Part shown: positions 1 to 6,502 of the stretch, piece after piece
Layout of the letters: each line of letters opens with the position of its first letter
How positions within the stretch are numbered: the stretch's first letter is position 1
Source of the DNA: Paraspadella gotoi
Taxonomy: Eukaryota; Animalia; Chaetognatha
Direction: 5' to 3'
DNA length: 6,502 nucleotides
Assembly: GCA_051294375.1 (NCBI GenBank)
Contig: CM119268.1
Location: forward strand, 12,088,039 to 12,094,540
Program-made: the position numbers and the translations under genes
Notes under the pieces: generated by a model
Told to the model about the DNA's origin: nothing
The model's input: the letters and a program-made list of their open reading frames with translations, nothing else
Database searches by the model: none

Positions 1-584
1 AGGGAGGAGAGAAAGGTGGTCGAACGATGACAAGTTTTTCGGGAGGTAAAAAGAGAAGGGTAAGTGGGTATAACAGCCGAAATGTGGCAAAACCGTTAAA
101 TCTTAGATTTGATGCAAACATTGAAACCGTTTATCAAGGATAGCTGGGTAGCAGACTTCTAAATTTCTACACATTTCTTCACCGTATGCAATCGTAATTG
201 ATATTATTTAGAATCATTAATATTTTTTATATTATTCATGTTCTTTTTTGTTAAGAACTAGCATTTTAAAATATACATTTTCCAGTTACATATCTACTTT
301 ATATTGAAAAATATAACGGCATTTAAAGGAATTCGAACTCGTCAACTCATGACGATGCCTTTTGTTTTTCTTTATTCATCCAGAGTCAGATTCACCGCCA
401 GAGGAACAAAAAAAAAAGATCTTTTTTTTTCCTTTTTCTTCTTTATCCCCTGTCCTTCTTCCTCCTACTCTTTTTCTCCTCTTCTTCCTCCTCCTCCTCA
501 TCCTCTTCCACCTCTTATCAAGTCCTGAGGCCCTCGACGGACAATCCAGGACTTTGAAATCGAAAACTCGAAAACAATTTTGAG

Positions 585-586
<2 letters not shown>

Positions 587-618
<32 letters not shown>
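587..618. repeat. (CT)16 microsatellite
   Basis: Perfect CT dinucleotide run read directly. Confidence 0.97.
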
Positions 619-622
<4 letters not shown>

Positions 623-992
623 CATTATTCTTTAACAAAGATTAAGCAAGGTCACCTGAGGTTCGATTTCAGATTCAACGACTAATAATTACAAACATTA
701 TGTATAAAACACACGAAGCCGCAATCAACATCAAAGAAATTCAATTAGCCAAAGAATAAGGTATTTTATTATCCCGTAGTTTTAACACGAAAACCACGAT
801 GCACTTGCCTTCACACCGTTGCGATATCCGAAACAAGTTAAAAGCACTTTCAGCATCGACCCCCAAAATTAGGTGTAGTTCTAAACGAAGCCCTCTCTTT
901 TTGAGGTCCCGAAATAAAAGGGTGACCCCTGCTGCCTGAGACCCCGTGGGGTTTGAATGTGACCGCTGGAATACATAACAGAAATGAGAAAG

Positions 993-995
<3 letters not shown>

Positions 996-1068
<73 letters not shown>
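996..1068. repeat. (AG)~36 microsatellite
   Basis: Perfect AG run with degenerate AGAGTAGAGA on both flanks (991-1000, 1071-1080). Confidence 0.97.
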
Positions 1069-1072
<4 letters not shown>

Positions 1073-1126
1073 AGTAGAGAGGAATTTAAATCTTCAGGGC
1101 CAAGCCCCGTGGTCCGATCGGCCCGG

Positions 1127-1130
<4 letters not shown>

Positions 1131-1181
<51 letters not shown>
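1131..1181. repeat. (CT)~25 microsatellite with one interruption
   Basis: CT run with a single C>T change at 1165. Confidence 0.96.
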
Positions 1182-1712
1182 ATCTTCTCTCATCATTTCG
1201 TTCGAAAACGAGTTTTTTGTCGAATTTCGAAAGCTTCGGAAATTTCGAGTTGAATTCTGCGACGCGGACAACGAATTTATTTGCCGAGGCTGACGTCTTA
1301 CTAGATGAGTTCGGGGAGGCAGTTGAACAAACCACTGGATCTGTAGGCCATTTCGCATGTGAAACCTTCTTTTTGGAATTAACAACAAAATTAAATATAG
1401 GCCTTTTGCCAAAATTATCTCAAAAAATATTTCTAGGGTATCTGAAAAATAGTTCCCCGAAAAATATCGTTTGGACATTGTTTAAAATTATATAATACAT
1501 TATTTTTGCCATTAATTTCTTTCACTAATCATTATTGATAGATCCGAAGGTATAGTCCTTTGCAAATTTCACCAAATGATTCAATAAAAAATCACAAACT
1601 GCGCTACAATTTTTTTTTTCTCGCAAAACTCAATCTTTTCGTTTTTTGACCCTCGCGATTCTTTTTTCTTGTGTAAACAGAAAAAAGATCAAATTTCGGG
1701 CATTTTTTTTTT

Positions 1713-1955
1713 NNNNNNNNNNNNNNNNNNNNNNNNNNNNNNNNNNNNNNNNNNNNNNNNNNNNNNNNNNNNNNNNNNNNNNNNNNNNNNNNNNNNNNNN
1801 NNNNNNNNNNNNNNNNNNNNNNNNNNNNNNNNNNNNNNNNNNNNNNNNNNNNNNNNNNNNNNNNNNNNNNNNNNNNNNNNNNNNNNNNNNNNNNNNNNNN
1901 NNNNNNNNNNNNNNNNNNNNNNNNNNNNNNNNNNNNNNNNNNNNNNNNNNNNNNN
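1713..1955. other. Assembly gap (243 N)
   Basis: Run of N preceded by a poly-T tract. Confidence 0.99.
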
Positions 1956-2146
1956 ACCAAACTCTAAAAGCAATGAACATGCGAGAACAAACCCAATCAT
2001 TTTTCTTTGTTTTTCTCTTTTTCTTTTTCTTTATTTTGCTTTTTTAAAGTCGATTTATCGAAATTTTACCCCCTTCGATGTTTGTCTTAAAGATTTTTTC
2101 TCGTGTGACTAACTCACGATACTTGACCCTTTTCCAGCGGCTATCG

Positions 2147-2241
2147 CTCTCTCCCTTCCTCTCTCTCTCTCTCTCTCTCCCTCTCTCTCTCTCTCTCTTT
2201 CCTATCACTCTAATTTTATCTTCCTCCCCCCTCTCCCTCTC
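2147..2241. repeat. Imperfect (CT)n / pyrimidine-rich tract
   Basis: CT runs interrupted by CCC/CTT, with the core at 2159-2198. Confidence 0.9.
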
Positions 2242-2298
2242 CATTTCCCCTTTTTTTGGAATGTGGACTTTACAATACAGCATAGATTAAAAATTGGG

Positions 2299-2301
<3 letters not shown>

Positions 2302-2395
<94 letters not shown>
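2302..2395. repeat. (AG)47 microsatellite
   Basis: Perfect AG run. Confidence 0.97.
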
Positions 2396-2397
<2 letters not shown>

Positions 2398-2492
2398 TGG
2401 ATTTTTCCCAGAGGCATGGCCCCCTGAGCTTTTTTCGGGCAAAAGCATCGGCGAAACTTCATTCTTTGAGTAAATAAATGGGACAAGGAATG

Positions 2493-2511
2493 AAGAAAGA
2501 AAAAAGAAATA

Positions 2512-2599
<88 letters not shown>

Positions 2600-2651
2600 A
2601 AAAAGAAAGAAAATTCGAAAGAAAGAAAGAAAGGAAAGGAAGAAAGAAGAA
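2493..2651. repeat. (AAAG)n tetranucleotide microsatellite, perfect (AAAG)22 at 2511-2598
   Basis: Read directly; the flanks are degenerate AAAG/AAGG. Confidence 0.96.
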
Positions 2652-2728
2652 TTTGAAATCTAGTCAAGGGGGAATCGAAAACTTGGTCGGACGAGCGTAT
2701 TGATTCACAAAGGGACAAATCGAGTACA

Positions 2729-2784
2729 GACGGACGGACGGACGAACGAACGGACGGACGGACGAACGAACGGACGGACGGACG
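2729..2784. repeat. Compound (GACG/AACG)14 repeat with a 20-bp higher-order unit
   Basis: (GACG)4(AACG)2(GACG)3(AACG)2(GACG)3. Confidence 0.95.
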
Positions 2785-3210
2785 CATGAATCTGAACCAA
2801 AAAAAAAACGCAGCGAACTATTCCTCAGAGAGTCACGAACCCAGGAACGAGATTATCAATTTTAAAGAAGTGAAAAAAATACAATTTGTAAAAAAAGGAA
2901 ATTAAGGAATTTATCTACTAAAATACAGAATAGCCAAATGCCTGGACTCACGCCTTTAAATTTTCCATTTCTCAAGGCTGAAAGCGGATTCCTTTCCACC
3001 GAACAAAAGCGAAGCTCGATGAACTCAACTGGAGATTTTCACTTGAATAACGGAATTTGATCGGAGAGTTGGAAGTTTTATTGTTTAGGTCGAGTAAAAT
3101 GTTTGTCTTTGGTGCAAGTTAGAATGCATTTAAAAAGAGCGCAATTAATTTGCTTTTTTGACTATAGTATTATGTACATTTCTCTTTCTTATCTTGAAAT
3201 TTACTGACAG

Positions 3211-3234
3211 GACATTGACATTGACATTGACATT
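3211..3234. repeat. (GACATT)4 hexanucleotide repeat
   Basis: Four perfect copies. Confidence 0.93.
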
Positions 3235-3235
3235 G

Positions 3236-3380
3236 TTCTTCACTAGGTCATCGATAATTGATCTACACTAGGGCATTCACCCTTGGATCTCCACTGGGGC
3301 ATTGACCCTCGAATCTCCACTAGGGCATCGATTCGTTGATCTCCACTAGGGCATCATCCTCGTCATCTCCGAAGGGACAT
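3236..3380. repeat. 26-bp minisatellite, ~5.5 copies, core ATCTCCACTAGGGCAT
   Basis: Units start at 3236, 3261, 3287, 3313, 3339 and 3365. Each has a conserved 16-bp core and a 9-10-bp variable part. Confidence 0.9.
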
Positions 3381-3824
3381 AAACTCTTTCGCTCATCCAG
3401 TCAGATCTGGGATTGAATTCTGGTTTTCTGCGTCGGGATTAAATTCCTTTTCGGCCCAGAGGGAGAGCGAGACCTGCTTCACTGCTTCACCTCTGGACAG
3501 ACGCAGAAATTCAGCCGACAAAGCGTTTTGTTAAAACCGACGTATTGGAAAGATGAAAAAAAAAAGGGTTTTATTGTTTATATAAAGAGAGGAGGGAACG
3601 ACTATGATTTAATTTTAAAGATATATCGCCCATAAATAAATGACGACATTTTACATTATTTTTGTTTTTTTTTATTTTTTTTTAACTCAAAAAGTAAAAG
3701 CAAAAAATGGTTTTGGGATCAAATAAATAGATTACGATTTTAACCAAAATCAAAATGTACCCACAAAAGGCAATAAATTGAATGATTTATCTGCAAGTTC
3801 TAACATTATCTCAGCGTCTGAAAG

Positions 3825-3933
<109 letters not shown>

Positions 3934-4203
3934 CGTCCGCTGTCAGAGAGATTTAATTACTGTTATTTGATTCTTACCACGTCGCATTCAGTGTTAAGAC
4001 TCGTAACGAGCCGAGGGTGATTTAAAGGAGCGATCGAGGGTGCAAAGGATCCAGATTTAAAGGAGCTAAACTAGAGCGAAGGGTTCCTAAATGTGACTGA
4101 TAAACCTGAAATTTGCTAAAATCGACGACAATAATTTTTTAAAAATATATTTTATGAATATCTAAATGAAAAGAACGGTAAATCCAATAATGAAAAAAAT
4201 GTT

Positions 4204-4267
4204 GAATGAATGAGTGAATAAATAGATAAATAAATATACAAATATTTAAATTAATAAATAAATAAAT
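4204..4267. repeat. Degenerate (TGAA)/(TAAA)n A-rich low-complexity tract
   Basis: GAATGAATGAGTGAATAAATAGATAAATAAAT...TAAATAAATAAAT. Confidence 0.6.
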
Positions 4268-5134
4268 GGACCAAAATTAACTATCGAATAGAAAAAATGA
4301 ACAAGACGCATTAAGACCGAAAAGAGAGATTGAAAAGATTATAAAAAAAATAACTGAAAAAAGGATGAAAAAAGAAAAAGAATGAATAAAAGAAGGAAAG
4401 AGAGAGAGACAGGCGCGTGGTTATGGGCCAACATCGAGAATGAAGGAGAAATAAGAAGGCAAACAATGGACCCAAAAACTGGAGGAACAAGATTTAAAAA
4501 AAAAAATTTCACGGATTCAATTTTTTCTTTTTTGAAAAAGGGTTCGACAAAATCGGATTTTTTTTGGGAAAATGTTTTTTTTTATTTTGGTTTATTCTTA
4601 ATTTAGGTCAAAAAAATGTATAAACTAGAGAAAAGTTTAAACTTAAATTATCCTAAAGATAATAAAGTTAATTTATGTCGAACAGTAAAAAAAAAAAATA
4701 ACGAAATCAAACTGCAGTTATTTTGACTAGAATTTCGGACGATCCCTAGAATTTGAAAAAGCCGTGACTGAAAATGTCGAAACCGCATTTCATCCGATGG
4801 TGAAACCCAAGCGAAAAATAAACTCGATTTCTTTTTCTTTTCAGAAAAAAAAAATTAAAAAAGAAAATAAAAGAAAAAAAAATTTTAAGAATTAAAAAAA
4901 GAATTCGATCTTATAATGATTTTCCGAGAAAATTGGATTGCAGCAACGGCAGAAGAATTAAGTCGCCTTTCCTCCAAAAGGATCGAGAGAAAGATTTTCC
5001 TCGTTCTCTGATTGGTCGCGTCCTTTCGAAGTGGCTCATAAGTTCGTTTACGTTTATTACGTCGATGGTACTTGTCACTATATGTCATCATGTTTCGACA
5101 TTTAGTTTTTAAGCTTTCACGATAATTCAGTGAT

Positions 5135-5488
5135 TCTTTTCTTTATTTTCCTTCGCTGCTCCCATTTCTTCCACTTTTTTCTCCGTTTCACTTTCCTCTT
5201 ATTTTTCCTCCACTTTTAATTTTTCTTTCTCGTTCCTCCACTTTTCTTCTTCATTTCCATTTTCCTCCACTTTTTTCCTCCCCTTCCCGTTCCTCCACTT
5301 TTCTTTTTCTTCCTCTCTCCTTCCCTCGGATCTCTCTTCTTCTCACTCTACTCGAAATCCGCTTTCCTCCATTCTTTTTTTCTTCTTTTCTCCTTTATTC
5401 GTCCTTTTCCTTTTTCCTTCCCGCAATCTTTTCTCTCTTTTCTTCCTCCCTTTCCTTCTCTTAAATCTTCCCTCCCTTTCTCTCTCTT
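5135..5488. repeat. Long polypyrimidine tract containing a degenerate 28-29-bp minisatellite (TTCCTCCACTTTT)
   Basis: Motif at 5205, 5233, 5262 and 5290, with a variant at 5166. The + strand is strongly C/T biased. Confidence 0.8.
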
Positions 5489-5568
5489 CACGCGCCCCGA
5501 GTCTTTTGTCTTTGTGTTTTCCGTCATTTATCCTCTTCACCATTTTGGCAAAGGAGGCTCCCTTCACG

Positions 5569-5613
<45 letters not shown>
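5569..5613. repeat. (GTC)15 trinucleotide microsatellite
   Basis: Perfect GTC run. Confidence 0.97.
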
Positions 5614-5615
<2 letters not shown>

Positions 5616-5669
5616 ATCCCTACTTGACCTCGCATCATTTCTCACTTATTATTCTACATGAATTTTCAT

Positions 5670-5802
5670 TCACGCCCGTTTTGAGACTCGGTTTCGCTGC
5701 CGAGGCGAGTCGGCGATGGCGTATTTGACGGTGATGTTATCTCGGAGGGTGATGTCGTCCCTGACAGTGACAATTGATATGGAACTGGCACCATTTTTAT
5801 CA
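5670..5802 (-). CDS. Candidate coding exon of an unidentified protein (frame ambiguous)
   Basis: ATTTTCAG acceptor at 5810-5803, followed by GC-richer high-complexity sequence. Two frames are open: DKNGASSISIVTVRDDITLRDNITVKYAIADSPRQRNRVSKRA* (stop ends 5670) and IKMVPVPYQLSLSGTTSPSEITSPSNTPSPTRLGSETESQNGRE* (stop ends 5666). There is an 18-nt internal periodicity. Confidence 0.4.
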
Positions 5803-5869
5803 CTGAAAATGTCATCGTCTCAAATGACTTTGTAAAGTTTAATTTATAGAACAAAGTTAACATCTTTAC

Positions 5870-5946
5870 GGATTTCTACCAGTACTGGAGTTGGCAACTA
5901 ATTCAATGTTACGTCGGATGCCGTATTTCATGCCGGAACTGGTGAC
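5870..5946 (-). CDS. Candidate upstream coding exon (VTSSGMKYGIRRNIELVANSST...)
   Basis: Open frame followed by two weak GT donors (5879, 5869) and an AT-rich 67-77 nt intron-like spacer ending in TTTTCAG. The 5' boundary is uncertain (weak CAG at 5949-5947, or ATG at 5931). Confidence 0.33.
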
Positions 5947-5966
5947 CTGCCGGTGCTGATGCCGAA

Positions 5967-6018
5967 ACCGGCGCCGCAATACCGGCGCCGCAATACCGGC
6001 GCCGCAATACCGGCGCCG
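5967..6018. repeat. 14-bp GC-rich tandem repeat ACCGGCGCCGCAAT x3.7
   Basis: Perfect copies at 5967, 5981 and 5995, and a partial copy at 6009. Confidence 0.95.
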
Positions 6019-6502
6019 AAAGAAGCGACGGTTTTTATGGGCTTCGACGAAAGGAGGAGTGAAGAGCGCGAGATTGGAGGAGAAGGGAGAAGGGGAGCGA
6101 TGTTCCCTCAGACTAAGCCTAAGGGGGATTTCTTCTTTTTTTTCTTTCCTCGGGGAGATAGAGGGAGGCAAAGGGAGTTGAGGGTGGGGAAGGCTTAAAC
6201 AAGTATCCGCGTCTTAGGTCAAAAAAGAAAGAGAGAAAAAAAAAAGGAAAAAGATGTAAAATCGCAGTGATTGTGGAAAAGAAGTAAAAAGAAAAGGCAA
6301 CGCAATCCTCTGAGACAAGAAAAGAGTTGAGCAACAATCCGGATAAAGTACGAACGCAAAGGGGAACATTGAACAAAAGCACAAACGCCGAGAACGGGAC
6401 GAGACCCAACGCCGTTGCAAATTAAGTGGTAAGAGCAAGTGAGATAGAATAATTGCCACAATCTAAAAAAAAAAATTGCTCGATGGAAAAAAAAACACTT
6501 TT

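Noticed and set aside
445-515. Poly-Glu reading on the minus strand (EVEEDEEEEEEEEKK)
   Set aside because: It is immediately preceded by in-frame TGA TAA and is explained by a CCT/CTT low-complexity tract.
520-554. 8-bp inverted repeat AAGTCCTG/CAGGACTT
   Set aside because: Short and isolated, so plausible by chance.
991-1081. AGAGTAGAGAG flanking the AG tract as a target-site duplication
   Set aside because: It is a low-complexity variant of the repeat itself, and slippage explains it.
1198-1258. GAA/TTC cluster resembling a heat-shock element
   Set aside because: The spacing does not give three consecutive inverted nGAAn units.
3236-3380. CRISPR-like repeat-spacer appearance
   Set aside because: The 16-bp core and 10-bp linkers are far too short, the linkers are related to each other, there are no cas genes, and the context is eukaryotic.
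3382-3514. Hammerhead ribozyme on the minus strand (CTGGATGAGCGAAA; stem followed by CGAAA)
   Set aside because: No intact CUGANGA box is correctly placed before a stem II and GAAA.
5008-5017. CCAAT-box-like CTGATTGGTC
   Set aside because: A single short motif with no supported transcription start nearby.
5343-5645. Poly-Thr/poly-Asp ORF across (GTC)15
   Set aside because: The rest of the ORF is the purine-rich complement of a low-complexity tract, and the Asp frame is closed by nearby stops.
6119-6461. Hydrophobic minus-strand ORFs resembling membrane proteins
   Set aside because: All three frames are open and F/L-rich because of T-rich composition, and no motif is recognisable.

Overview
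This is AT-rich eukaryotic genomic DNA from a draft assembly, with a 243-N gap at 1713-1955. It is dominated by simple repeats: five (CT/AG)n tracts, (AAAG)22, a compound (GACG/AACG)14 and (GTC)15, plus several short minisatellites. CpG/TCGA is common and TTTCAG-type acceptors recur, which suggests an invertebrate, possibly nematode-like (inference only). Most ORFs in the track are repeat or gap artefacts. I recognise no gene, RNA gene, autonomous transposon or CRISPR array. The best coding candidate is a minus-strand exon pair at 5670-5946 with a 67-77 nt intron. The most unusual non-coding segment is 3211-3514: a (GACATT)4 repeat, a 26-bp minisatellite with a fixed core and variable linker, then a ~95-nt predicted three-way-junction fold. 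The sequence alone does not support calling a new biological system.
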